DNA of 56,513 nt from an uncultured Nitratifractor sp. (GCA_964500335.1 CAZCOI010000060.1:1-56513); one strand, 5' to 3'; shown: positions 9,381 through 19,436, counted from the first letter of the stretch. Made by a program: numbers and translations. The notes: generated by a model from the letters alone, not told the origin.

Positions 9381-11243
9381 ATGAGAGATGATTATGGTTT
9401 ATCTATTTGGGGTAATGATAATTTTATTATTAAAGATGATAAAATATTAATAAATTATAAAAAAAGCCCTTCAATATATGAGATAACAAAAGAGATAAGA
9501 GACAAAGGCTATAAAGGTCCTATACTACTTCGGTTTCCACACTTAATTAAAAAGCAGTTAGATATACTATTTAAAGAGTTTTATAGAGCTATAGATGAGT
9601 TTAACTATAAAGGTAATTTTAAAGCTGTTTTTCCTTTGAAGGTTAATCAGTTTCCAAACTTTGTAAATGAGATTGTAGATTTATCAAAAGAGTACAACTA
9701 TGGTTTAGAGGCTGGCAGTAAAGCTGAGCTTATTATAGCTATTGCAAAGACCCCTTTAGGAGCACCAATTACTGTAAATGGTTTTAAAGATGCTGAGATG
9801 ATAGCTCTTTGTTTTATAGCCGCAAAGAGTGGACATGATATTACAGTTACTATTGAAGGGCTCAATGAGTTAGAGGCGATTTTAGAGGTAAATAGAGAGT
9901 TTAATTCTAAGTTTAAAGATAAAATAACACCAAAAATTGGTATGAGAATTAGAATGCATAGTTCTGGGGTTGGTGCTTGGGCAAAGAGTGGTGGATATAG
10001 TTCTAAATTTGGATTAACTTCAACAGAGCTTTTAGAAGCTTGTGATATGCTTGAGAGCGAGGGGTTAATTGATAGATTTTATATGATACATTTTCATATT
10101 GGCTCTCAGATGGAAGAGATAGGTCCTCTTAAAAAAGCTCTTAGAGAAGCTGGCAATATATATGCTGATTTAAAAAAAAGAGGTGCCAAAAATTTAAATG
10201 CAATTAATATTGGAGGCGGATTGGCAGTTGAGTATTCTCAAGTACAAAAAAATGAGAATAGAAACTATTCTATTAAAGAGTTTGCAAATGATGTAATATT
10301 TTTAATGCAAGAGATAGCAAAAAATAAGGGTGTTGATGAGCCAGATATATATACTGAATCTGGAAGATTTATTGCTGCGAGTCACTCTATTTTGGTTGCA
10401 CCAGTCTTAGAGCTTTTTTCGCAAGAGTATAATGAAAAGAGTTTAAGACTTAAAGATAAAAATCCTCCTTTAATTGAGGAGCTTTATGATCTATTTAAAT
10501 CTATAAATATTAATAATGCTAGAGAGTATTTGCATGATGCTATAGATCATCTTGATAGTTTGCTTACACTATTTGATTTAGGCTATATAGATTTAGAAGA
10601 TAGATCAAATACAGAGATTTTGGTAAATTTAATTATAAAAGAGGCTATTGAGCTTTTATCAAAAGAGGATGGTGATGAGTTAAAAAGACTTCAAAATAAG
10701 ATTCAAGAGAAATATTTAGTAAATTTCTCTATGTTTCAATCGATTCCAGATTTTTGGGGATTAGGGCAAAGTTTTCCTATAATGCCAATATCTCATCTCT
10801 CAAAAAAACCAACACAAGCCGCATCTATTTGGGATATTACTTGCGATAGTGATGGAGAAATTCCTTATAATCCTAAAGCTCCTTTAAAGTTGCATAATAT
10901 AGATGTGCAAAAAGAGGAGTATTTTTTAGCATTCTTTTTAACGGGTGCATATCAAGAGGTCTTAGGAATGAAACATAATCTATTTACTCATCCTACAGAA
11001 GTAGTAATTAAGTTTGATAAGAGTGGAGATTACTATTTAGATTCTATTTTAGAGGCTCAAAATTTAATTGATATTTTAGATGATATAGATTATGATATAG
11101 GAGCTCTTGATAAACGATTAAAAACTCTAATAGAAGAGTCTAATTTAATAGAACAAGAACAAAAACAGATTCTTTTAGGTAAACTTTATCTTTATTTAAG
11201 TGAAAATAGCTATCTTAAAACAATTCAAGCATCAAAGGTATAA
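9381..11243 (+). CDS. speA: Biosynthetic arginine decarboxylase
   Basis: N-terminus MRDDYGLSIWGNDNF, the PLP-lysine context FPLKVNQ, HFHIGSQ and INIGGGL. Start at ATG 9381 (GGAGAAG upstream) rather than 9330. Confidence 0.92.
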   Translation: MRDDYGLSIWGNDNFIIKDDKILINYKKSPSIYEITKEIRDKGYKGPILLRFPHLIKKQLDILFKEFYRAIDEFNYKGNFKAVFPLKVNQFPNFVNEIVDLSKEYNYGLEAGSKAELIIAIAKTPLGAPITVNGFKDAEMIALCFIAAKSGHDITVTIEGLNELEAILEVNREFNSKFKDKITPKIGMRIRMHSSGVGAWAKSGGYSSKFGLTSTELLEACDMLESEGLIDRFYMIHFHIGSQMEEIGPLKKALREAGNIYADLKKRGAKNLNAINIGGGLAVEYSQVQKNENRNYSIKEFANDVIFLMQEIAKNKGVDEPDIYTESGRFIAASHSILVAPVLELFSQEYNEKSLRLKDKNPPLIEELYDLFKSININNAREYLHDAIDHLDSLLTLFDLGYIDLEDRSNTEILVNLIIKEAIELLSKEDGDELKRLQNKIQEKYLVNFSMFQSIPDFWGLGQSFPIMPISHLSKKPTQAASIWDITCDSDGEIPYNPKAPLKLHNIDVQKEEYFLAFFLTGAYQEVLGMKHNLFTHPTEVVIKFDKSGDYYLDSILEAQNLIDILDDIDYDIGALDKRLKTLIEESNLIEQEQKQILLGKLYLYLSENSYLKTIQASKV

Positions 11244-11246
11244 AAA

Positions 11247-11948
11247 ATGGGATTAATTAGTAATATTATTGATGATTTTAAGACAATAAAAAAGAATGAT
11301 CCTGCTTTGAAATCTAACTTTGAACTATTTTTTAATTATCCAGGAGTTTGGGCTCTATTCTTTTATAGGATAAGTCACGCTCTATATCAAAAAGGTTTAA
11401 GATTTTTACCAAGGCTTATATCTGCAATAGGACAATTTTTAACTACTGTAGATATACACCCAGGGGCTAAAATAGGAAAAGGATTATTTATTGACCATGC
11501 TACAGGAGTAGTAATTGGTGAGACAGCAGAGATTGGAGATAATGTACTTATTTATCAGCAGGTTACTCTTGGGGGTGTTAGTCTATCTAAAGGTAAAAGG
11601 CATCCTACTATTGAAGATGGTGTTACAATTGGAGCAGGTGCTAAGGTTTTAGGGAATATTACAATTGGAAAAGATGCAAAAATAGGAGCAAATTCTGTAG
11701 TTATAAAAGATGTTCCACCAGATTGTACAGCTGTTGGAGTACCAGCTCATATTGCTAGAAGAATAGATAATAAAGAGCCTCTTCGCCATAATATTATGCC
11801 AGATATTGAAAAAGAGCTTTTTAAATATTTAGTTGAGAAGATTGAACTATTAGAAGAGGCGATTGAAAAAGGGGATATAGATAAGTTAAAAGATAAAGAG
11901 TTAGAGGAGAGACACAAAGAGTATCTAAACTCTATGATGAAAAGTTAG
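11247..11948 (+). CDS. cysE: Serine O-acetyltransferase
   Basis: Left-handed beta-helix hexapeptide repeats ([47 protein letters not shown]). Confidence 0.9.
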   Translation: MGLISNIIDDFKTIKKNDPALKSNFELFFNYPGVWALFFYRISHALYQKGLRFLPRLISAIGQFLTTVDIHPGAKIGKGLFIDHATGVVIGETAEIGDNVLIYQQVTLGGVSLSKGKRHPTIEDGVTIGAGAKVLGNITIGKDAKIGANSVVIKDVPPDCTAVGVPAHIARRIDNKEPLRHNIMPDIEKELFKYLVEKIELLEEAIEKGDIDKLKDKELEERHKEYLNSMMKS

Positions 11949-12682
11949 CCTCTAATTATCTCTCCTGGATATGTAATAATTCCATAAGTAAAGTTACTTA
12001 CATTATTTTTGCCTTGAGCTTTTAATATATGTTGAACTTGGTAACTTCTACTACCTGTATGACAATATAAAATAATATGCTCTTTTCTTTTTGATAAATC
12101 TTCTATCCAATCATAAAATTTTGTTGTTGGTAAAAGTTCATCAGTACCTTTGATATGTGCCATTTGATACTCCATAGGCTCTCTTACATCAATTAGTTTA
12201 AAATCAACCATGCCTAAATCTCTAGCTTCAAGCAAAGCTTCTACTTCGTCTCCATCAAGTTGTTCTTTTTGTAAGATTGAGTTTGCCTCCTCTTTACTTA
12301 AACCTCTTGAATGAGTATGAGATGCTTCAATAAGCTCTTTTTCTTTAGATTTAGTTTCTGCATATTTAGGTGTACAAAATAGTCCACAATGGCAGACTCC
12401 ATTTTGTGGTATCTCTTTTTCAAGAGCTGGTTTACATGGACATATTCTATTATTTGCTTTTTTTCTCTCTTCTTTTGTTTCACCTTGAACTATGAAGCAA
12501 GGGCAGTATCTTTTACCATAAATTAGTCTATTTCTAGCAAGCCCCATAGCTACACCTTCATTAATCTCTTCATCTGGATTTTGTACAAATCCAAACTCTT
12601 TATTAACTTTATCTATAAAGTTCCAGGTTTTTTCTAATTCTGCTTGAAATATATCTGAATTTAAATCTATATTATTTTCCAT
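11945..12682 (-). CDS. Ferredoxin:thioredoxin-reductase-like catalytic domain fused to a rhodanese domain
   Basis: CPC-x18-CPC-x13-CHC cysteine pattern (RYCPCF...ICPCK...VCHCGLF), followed by a C-terminal rhodanese domain with active-site loop YCHTGSRS. Confidence 0.75.
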   Translation of the reverse strand: MENNIDLNSDIFQAELEKTWNFIDKVNKEFGFVQNPDEEINEGVAMGLARNRLIYGKRYCPCFIVQGETKEERKKANNRICPCKPALEKEIPQNGVCHCGLFCTPKYAETKSKEKELIEASHTHSRGLSKEEANSILQKEQLDGDEVEALLEARDLGMVDFKLIDVREPMEYQMAHIKGTDELLPTTKFYDWIEDLSKRKEHIILYCHTGSRSYQVQHILKAQGKNNVSNFTYGIITYPGEIIRG

Positions 12683-12765
12683 ACTATTGCCTTTTAATAA
12701 GTATTTTTTATAAATGTATGGAATTTTATCAGATTTTACTTAAGTAAAGAAGAAATAGAGTAGAG

Positions 12766-14589
12766 TTACTCTATACTTTTTAATAACTTTATAAATCTTT
12801 TTGGTTCTATAAAACCTTGTTGGAATTTATCTTCTAAAGCTTCGCCTTTACTATTAAAAAATAGTATATTTGGTGCTCCAAATATATTAAAATGTTTCAT
12901 AATTTTTTGGTCATCTTTGGTATATTTTGTTATATCTAGTTTTATAAATTTAAATCTTTCTAACTCTTTTTTTACATCGGGATTTGGGAATGTAATTTTT
13001 GCTAATTCTGTACATGCCGCACAGTTATCTTTACCTATATCAACTACTACAGGTTTTTTAGCATTATTAATTTCTTGAAGTAATTTTTCTAAGGTATAAT
13101 TTTTTGTTTGATGTTTAATCTCTTTAGTAGAGTTTATGATTTTTTCACCTTTAAAAGGTTCTAAAGGGTTTAATATAGATTTTGCTCCACTTAATGCACC
13201 AATAAATATTAAACTTCCATATAAAAGCATTAAAAAGTTAAATGTTTTAAATATACCTGCAAATCCTTTTGTCTCTTTGCCATCAAATAGACCAAACATA
13301 ATTGATGCACCAATTAATAATATACTAAATAGATACATAAATGCAGTATCACTAATTAATCCTCTTGCTATATATAGAGCCATTATTAGCATTAAAAAGC
13401 CAAAGAATCTTGATACATTTTCCATCCAGCCACCAGGTTTTGGTACAAGATTTTTTGCTCCTAATCCAACAAGCAACAGTGGTACTCCAGCACCAATACC
13501 CATAACAAATAGAGCCATACCTCCTAATGTTGCATTTCCTGTTAAAGATATAAATAAAATAGCACCACTAATTACTGGTGCAGTGCATGCTCCTACAATT
13601 AAAGCTGATATTGCACCCATAACTGCTGTACCTATTAAGCCTTTTCCTTGAGCACTGTTGCTAAGTCCGGTTAGTTTTGTTTGAAGCGATTGAGGTAGTG
13701 CAATTTCAAAATATCCAAATAGAGAAAATGCTAAAGCAATAAAAATTAGTGCTACAGGAACAATTACGTAAGGGTTATTTAAATTTGCTTGTATATCAAA
13801 ATGCAAGAGGCCAGCTACAATACCAATAATAGCATAACTAGCTGACATTGCAACAACATAGACTAATGAGATAGTAAAAGATTCTGCTCTGCTTAATCCC
13901 TCTTTTTGTTTACCTGCTTGTTGCAATAAAATAGAGCTTAATATTGGAATCATTGGTAAAATACAAGGTGTTAAAGCTAAAAGCAATCCTACAATAAAAA
14001 ATAGCAATAAAACAAAAAGAAGACCTTCATTTTGTAAAGCTTTTGCAATCTCTTTGCTATTTCCTTCTTTTGCTAAGTGTGATATTTTACTAAAAAAAGT
14101 TTCATTGTTACTATTAGTAATATTCTTATTGCTTGATTGATTATTAACTTGTATATTAGAAGTTGGAGCTTTTAATTTAAATTTATAGGTTTGCGGTGCA
14201 TAGCAAATTCCTTCATCAGAGCATCCTTGCAAGCTAATAGTTAGCTCATATTCTGAGTTTTGAGCAATTTTTGAGTTTGGTATAATAAAGGTTAAATTTC
14301 CTTCATATGCCTCTTCACCTGTAATGATTTTACCTTTTGGAAGATTTATTTTTATCTCTTTTTTTATTGGTTTAGTAATAGCAAAGTCTAATTTATTTTT
14401 ATAAATATGTATTTTATCACCCAAAATAATATCTACTTTAACTCCATCTTTTGTAGTTGTAGCTTTTACTTTAAAAGCTTCTGATGGTTTTAAAAATTTT
14501 TGTTGTTGTGGTAAGTTAAAGTTAGCAAAGCCATCAGCATGCAATATAACAAAAAAGTGTATAAAGAGTATTATTAATAGTTTTTTCAT
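12766..14589 (-). CDS. dsbD: Thiol:disulfide interchange protein DsbD
   Basis: Three-domain layout: signal peptide plus N-domain (GCSDEGICYAP), a polytopic core (LTPCILPMIPIL, GACTAPV), and a C-terminal thioredoxin domain (DNCAAC). Confidence 0.9.
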   Translation of the reverse strand: MKKLLIILFIHFFVILHADGFANFNLPQQQKFLKPSEAFKVKATTTKDGVKVDIILGDKIHIYKNKLDFAITKPIKKEIKINLPKGKIITGEEAYEGNLTFIIPNSKIAQNSEYELTISLQGCSDEGICYAPQTYKFKLKAPTSNIQVNNQSSNKNITNSNNETFFSKISHLAKEGNSKEIAKALQNEGLLFVLLLFFIVGLLLALTPCILPMIPILSSILLQQAGKQKEGLSRAESFTISLVYVVAMSASYAIIGIVAGLLHFDIQANLNNPYVIVPVALIFIALAFSLFGYFEIALPQSLQTKLTGLSNSAQGKGLIGTAVMGAISALIVGACTAPVISGAILFISLTGNATLGGMALFVMGIGAGVPLLLVGLGAKNLVPKPGGWMENVSRFFGFLMLIMALYIARGLISDTAFMYLFSILLIGASIMFGLFDGKETKGFAGIFKTFNFLMLLYGSLIFIGALSGAKSILNPLEPFKGEKIINSTKEIKHQTKNYTLEKLLQEINNAKKPVVVDIGKDNCAACTELAKITFPNPDVKKELERFKFIKLDITKYTKDDQKIMKHFNIFGAPNILFFNSKGEALEDKFQQGFIEPKRFIKLLKSIE

Positions 14590-14686
14590 TTAAAATCCTT
14601 AATTTTAAGTTTTATGATAGTATAACAGACTACTTAATTTTGTCGTTATAACTATAGCAAAAAATTGTAAAATAAAAAGGTATAAA

Positions 14687-16588
14687 ATGAAAAATTTATT
14701 GGCTAATGAGGACTCTTTTTATCTTAAAGCTCATGCAAATGATTTGGTAAATTGGTATCCTTGGGGTGATGAAGCTATACAATTAGCAAAAAAAACAAAA
14801 AAAGTAATTTTTTTAAGTATTGGCTATAGTAGTTGCCATTGGTGTCATGTAATGCAAGAGGAGTCTTTTAAAAATAGGGATATTGCAGATATATTAAATA
14901 GTAAATTTATATCTATTAAAGTGGATAAAGAGGAGAGACCAGATATAGATAAGCATTTTCAAGAGGTTTTTGCAAAGATGAATAATACTACAGGAGGTTG
15001 GCCATTAAGTATATTTTTAACACCAACTTTAGTTCCAATATATAGTGCAACTTACATTCCGCCTTTGCCAGATTATGGTAAGATGGGGTTTAAAGATTTA
15101 CTTGAAGTAATAGCAAATAATTGGGAAAAATCTGCTAAAAGTATAGAGAGTAAGGGGTATGAAATTTTAGATGCTATAAGACCAAAAGGTAAGATAACTG
15201 CAACAAAATTAAATGACTCATTAATAGATATAGCTATAAATCAAATCAAGCAAGTTTATGATAAAACTCATGGTGGATTTGGAAAAGCCCCTAAATTTCC
15301 ACACACTTCTACTCTTGAATTGGCGATAAATTTATATAAGTTAAGTAGTGATAATGAACTTAAAGATATTGTAATAAATAGCTTAGATAAAATCTCCTTA
15401 GGGGGTATGTATGATATAGTAGATGGAGGGTTTTGTAGATATTCAACTGATAATTTATGGTTAGTACCACATTTTGAGAAGATGACTTATGATAATGCTT
15501 TGCTTTTAGGTATTTATACAAAAGCTTTTAAAGAGTTTAAAATAGATAGATACAAAAAGATAGCTTTAGAGACTGCAGAGTTTTTATTAGATAAAATGAA
15601 CCAAGATTTACTCTTTTTTAGCTCAGTAGATGCTGATTCTAATGGAATAGAAGGAGATTATTATATATATGATTATAATGAGGTAAAAGAGGCATTTGAG
15701 AGAGAAAGTATTGATAAATCACTACTTTTTGAGCTTTCTATTACAAGGAATGGAAACTTTGATGGCAAATCAATTGCAAGATATATAGATTTATCTATTA
15801 GAGATAAAGATGAAGCTAAAAGAGCTATTAAGGTTTTAAAAGATATTAGAGCAAAAAGAGAGTATCCATTTATTGATAAAAAGATTATTACCTCTTGGAA
15901 TGCTATGGTGGTTATCTCTTTATTTGAATTAAGTTATATAGATAAAAAATATAAAGATATTGCACTAAAATCACTTAATAAATTAAAATCAAAAATGTTT
16001 AAAGATAATAGATTATTTCATAGTACTTTATATGAAAAAGAGCCAAAAATAGAAGCTTTTTTAGAAGATTATGCATACTATATTAAAGCTTTAATAACAG
16101 CTTATAACTATACATTTGATGAGATATTTTTAATTGAAGCGACAAATTTAACAAACGAAGCTATAAAGCTATTTTATAAAAATGGTAGATGGCAAATTGG
16201 TAATTTAGAGTTTAAAAATTTTATAGATGACTTTGATAGCTCATACCCTTCGCCTTTATCAATAATGGTTGAAAATTTATTAACTATACGCTCATTAAGT
16301 GAATCAATTTATGAAAAGTTTGCAAACTTCACACTACAAGTACAATCATATAACTTAATGCGTCAGCCAATATCTCGTCCTAAATTAAGTGATGTTGCAA
16401 TAAGATATTTAAAAGATGATAAAATTGTAAAAGCAAATATTAAAAATTTAGAAAAAATTAGAAATATGGATACCAAATATCCATATATTCAATATAAATT
16501 AATAAATAATAGCTCTATAGAAATTTGTAATAATTCAAAATGTTTTGCAACTTTAAATAGTTTAGATAATATAAAAGAGTATCTCTAA
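14687..16588 (+). CDS. Thioredoxin-domain protein of the YyaL/DUF255 family
   Basis: N-terminal W.PWG.EA...A.......FLSIGYSSCHWCHVM motif, followed by a long alpha/alpha-toroid-like region. 633 aa. Confidence 0.85.
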   Translation: MKNLLANEDSFYLKAHANDLVNWYPWGDEAIQLAKKTKKVIFLSIGYSSCHWCHVMQEESFKNRDIADILNSKFISIKVDKEERPDIDKHFQEVFAKMNNTTGGWPLSIFLTPTLVPIYSATYIPPLPDYGKMGFKDLLEVIANNWEKSAKSIESKGYEILDAIRPKGKITATKLNDSLIDIAINQIKQVYDKTHGGFGKAPKFPHTSTLELAINLYKLSSDNELKDIVINSLDKISLGGMYDIVDGGFCRYSTDNLWLVPHFEKMTYDNALLLGIYTKAFKEFKIDRYKKIALETAEFLLDKMNQDLLFFSSVDADSNGIEGDYYIYDYNEVKEAFERESIDKSLLFELSITRNGNFDGKSIARYIDLSIRDKDEAKRAIKVLKDIRAKREYPFIDKKIITSWNAMVVISLFELSYIDKKYKDIALKSLNKLKSKMFKDNRLFHSTLYEKEPKIEAFLEDYAYYIKALITAYNYTFDEIFLIEATNLTNEAIKLFYKNGRWQIGNLEFKNFIDDFDSSYPSPLSIMVENLLTIRSLSESIYEKFANFTLQVQSYNLMRQPISRPKLSDVAIRYLKDDKIVKANIKNLEKIRNMDTKYPYIQYKLINNSSIEICNNSKCFATLNSLDNIKEYL

Positions 16589-16607
16589 GAGGATTAATAC
16601 TCCTCTT
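16587..16607. terminator. Hairpin spanning both stop codons of a convergent gene pair
   Basis: AAGAGGA-TTAATAC-TCCTCTT, a perfect 7-bp stem. It overlaps the yyaL-like stop (16586-16588) and the last codons and stop of the lipoprotein gene. Confidence 0.45.
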
Positions 16608-17043
16608 CTTGGGCAGTTTGAATATTATCTTCTTCTAATAAACTATCAACTATACCTTCAACTTCTGGTTGTTGCTCTTGCTCCATTTTTAATTTTCTAA
16701 TTTGATACTCTGCTCTTTGGCGACTTTTTTCTTCTGCTAAGAGAGTCCCTTCGTTTGGGAGAATCTGTTTGCATCTACTTCTGCCTAAAATCCATCCATC
16801 ATAGTAGTCTTTATTGGTGCTTGATGCATAGTAGTCTTTAGTAAAAGTTCCTTCACCAGTTCTACACCCATCTCTTATTCCTTTTTCGTAACTTGCTCCT
16901 CTTGTTATACCAAAATTTATATTTTTATAGCAGTACATATTTTTTTGGCAGTTTTGAGGTGAAAGTTTATTACTACTTTGACAGCTAGTAATAAAGCTAA
17001 TTGATAATATCCCAAATATTGATAAAACTACTATTTTTCTCAT
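16594..17043 (-). CDS. Hypothetical lipoprotein with acidic C-terminal tail
   Basis: Signal peptide plus lipobox (ISFITSC), a Cys-containing mature part, and a coiled/acidic C-terminus. No family recognised. Confidence 0.6.
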   Translation of the reverse strand: MRKIVVLSIFGILSISFITSCQSSNKLSPQNCQKNMYCYKNINFGITRGASYEKGIRDGCRTGEGTFTKDYYASSTNKDYYDGWILGRSRCKQILPNEGTLLAEEKSRQRAEYQIRKLKMEQEQQPEVEGIVDSLLEEDNIQTAQEEEY

Positions 17044-17129
17044 AGGTACCTACTTTATCTTTTTTTTTGAAACAATTTTACCATATAGTAATAAATTTTA
17101 CATATAATATTGAAAAAAGTTTAATAGCT

Positions 17130-18035
17130 ATGGTTAGAATAATTTTATTTATACTATTAATAGATTTTACATTTTTATTTGCATCACCTTTAACATATAT
17201 TAATAATATTAGAAAAAATTGTGGTTTAATGCCTCTATCTTTTAATTCTAAATTATCATTAGCGGCAAAAAAACATGCTATTTATGTTAATAAAAACCGA
17301 GAGTTTTCTCATTATGAGATAGAGGGTTTTCCATACTATTTTGCTTCAACTCCTTGGAATAGAATAGTAAAAGCTGGTTATAAAACAAAAGTGGTAATTG
17401 AAAATATTACTTTTAGTGAAAATAGCTATAAAGAGTCTATTGATAAACTTATGGCAACTGTTTATCATAGACTAGCTTTTCTTTATAATCAAATAGATAG
17501 TATCGGTTATGCTAGAGTTGGTTCAATATTTGTTTATGATATGTCAAATAGTAAAATTGCTACTCTTTGTAACAAGCATTATAAAAATGCACCTTCTATT
17601 ATAGATAGTGTATGTCCAAAAAGAAGCGATATAATACCTGCAAATCTATTTGATAAAGAGATGAATTTAATGATGAGAAGATCTAAAGATATTATTCTCT
17701 ATCCATATAATAATCAAACAAATGTTCCAACTCTTGGTGCTGAAGAGACTCCAAAATTTCTTTATAGAAAATTTGGTTTTCCTATAACTGCAACATTTAA
17801 CAAAGGATATTACCATAATGTAAAACTTTTAGAATTTAAGTTATATTGTGGAAAGAAAGAGGTAAATTGCAAAATAGTATCAAGTAAAAATGATATAAAT
17901 AGTAAAATTAGAAAAAATAATTATGTTTTAGTTCCGTTAAATAGATTAAAATCTAAAACAAAATATAAAGTCTTTTTAAAAGCTTCTGTTAATGGCAAAA
18001 TAAAAACCAAGAGATGGAGTTTTACAACTCGCTAA
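17130..18035 (+). CDS. Secreted CAP/SCP (PR-1-like) domain protein with extra C-terminal domain
   Basis: Signal peptide MVRIILFILLIDFTFLFA. The CAP-like N-terminal half has L...AKKHA.Y......FSHYE and YHRLAF. Start moved to ATG 17130. Confidence 0.6.
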   Translation: MVRIILFILLIDFTFLFASPLTYINNIRKNCGLMPLSFNSKLSLAAKKHAIYVNKNREFSHYEIEGFPYYFASTPWNRIVKAGYKTKVVIENITFSENSYKESIDKLMATVYHRLAFLYNQIDSIGYARVGSIFVYDMSNSKIATLCNKHYKNAPSIIDSVCPKRSDIIPANLFDKEMNLMMRRSKDIILYPYNNQTNVPTLGAEETPKFLYRKFGFPITATFNKGYYHNVKLLEFKLYCGKKEVNCKIVSSKNDINSKIRKNNYVLVPLNRLKSKTKYKVFLKASVNGKIKTKRWSFTTR

Positions 18036-18343
18036 CCTCTATATAAATCTTTTGGAAGGGTATCTTCTTGACCTGGAAAGATACTCTCTACTACAACCTC
18101 TGGATGGATTAACTCTCTTAATTTTTTTTGTACAAGCATTTTTGTTGTCATTGTACTCATAGAACATCCATTACATGCTCCACCAAGTTCTATATAAATT
18201 ACTCCATCTTTAACACCAAGAGGTTTTATTGTTCCTTGGTGAGATTTAACATACTCTTCAATTGTTGGAAGATAATTGCTTGCCGCTATATATAAGTCTT
18301 CATCGCTAAATGGCATCATCTTAAACACCTTTGTTTTTGGCAA
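18032..18343 (-). CDS. NifU-like (Nfu-type) Fe-S cluster scaffold/carrier domain protein
   Basis: The LGGACNGCSMS CxxC motif sits in the characteristic Nfu C-terminal domain context. The start may be an internal Met (MMPFSDE). Confidence 0.8.
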   Translation of the reverse strand: MPKTKVFKMMPFSDEDLYIAASNYLPTIEEYVKSHQGTIKPLGVKDGVIYIELGGACNGCSMSTMTTKMLVQKKLRELIHPEVVVESIFPGQEDTLPKDLYRG

Positions 18344-18489
18344 AATATATCGAAAAATAATTACACTTACCTTAAGAATTTATTAATATTTGCAAATAGT
18401 TTTTAGATAAAGTATGTTATTATTTCATTTATTATAAGTAATTAGAAAATATGGATATATAGAATTAAATAGTTATATAGGATATAGAT

Positions 18490-19086
18490 ATGAGATGTTT
18501 AAGCTGTAATAGTTTGACTATAAAACCTTTATGTGATAGATGTGAAGTAATATATTTAAAACCTCAGATGATAGAAAAAAGAGTAGGGAACTTAGAAGTA
18601 ATTAGTTTTTTTGATTACTATTTGGTATCAGAACTTGTAAAAAGTAAATATATTATTAGTGGGTATAGATTTTATAAATATATTGCAAAAAAGTTTTTTC
18701 AGCCATTTATAAAAGCTTATACCAACTCTTATAAAGGTGATAATAAGATATATGTTATTGGGATTGATGAGAATGTTTTAAGAGGATATTCTAATATAGC
18801 ACTATTAACACATTATGGAACAAAAAATAGTAATGCTAAAGCATTGCATTATGTTTTAAAAGCAAGCAATAATATACAGTATGCAGGCAAAAGCTTGGAG
18901 TTTAGGTTAAATAATCCTAGAGGATTTGTTTATAGCGGTCCTAAAAATATAGATGCAATATTAATTGATGATGTTATTACAACAGGAACAACCATAGAAG
19001 AGGCTAGTAGAGTTTTAAAAAATAGCGGCGTAAATATACATTTTGCTTTAACTGTTGCTAATGCTGAGGATGGAATAGACTATTAA
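18490..19086 (+). CDS. ComF family protein (ComFC-type phosphoribosyltransferase-like competence protein)
   Basis: N-terminal Cys4 (CLSCNS...CDRCE) and a C-terminal PRPP-binding loop ILIDDVITTGTT. Confidence 0.8.
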   Translation: MRCLSCNSLTIKPLCDRCEVIYLKPQMIEKRVGNLEVISFFDYYLVSELVKSKYIISGYRFYKYIAKKFFQPFIKAYTNSYKGDNKIYVIGIDENVLRGYSNIALLTHYGTKNSNAKALHYVLKASNNIQYAGKSLEFRLNNPRGFVYSGPKNIDAILIDDVITTGTTIEEASRVLKNSGVNIHFALTVANAEDGIDY

Positions 19087-19149
19087 GTATATAAACTTAA
19101 CTATCTTTTAAACCTTTAGTGCTATAATTCAAGCAAAAAAGGGATAAAA

Positions 19150-19428
19150 ATGAATCTATTTGACGATGATGATTTTATGAATACAACGCCACAGGATAAT
19201 TTTATTTCTATTATAAAAACAGCAAATCAAAATATTGTTGCAAATGAGCTAGAGAAAGTTTTTGCTAGATTGGCACTTGCTGAAAAACTATTAGAAGATA
19301 ATGGTTTAGAAGAGCAGTATGAAAGAGATATTAAAAGTTTTGCTATTGCTAATCCTGATGAGTATAATAATAGATTAACATCTTTATATTTAGAGACAGT
19401 TGGTAATATCGTAACACAATGTGAATAG
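19150..19428 (+). CDS. Small acidic hypothetical protein (possibly DUF2018 / HP0242-like)
   Basis: 92 aa, helical and acidic. It lies directly upstream of ispB-hemA-proS, where Helicobacter carries small conserved hypotheticals. The family assignment comes from synteny only. Confidence 0.45.
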   Translation: MNLFDDDDFMNTTPQDNFISIIKTANQNIVANELEKVFARLALAEKLLEDNGLEEQYERDIKSFAIANPDEYNNRLTSLYLETVGNIVTQCE

Positions 19429-19436
19429 GAGTTTTA

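Noticed and set aside
13136-13651. 171-aa + strand ORF inside dsbD
   Set aside because: It is entirely antisense to a well-supported dsbD frame. The Pro/Ile/Asn/Ala-rich low-complexity translation mirrors the membrane-domain codons, and there is no SD or motif.
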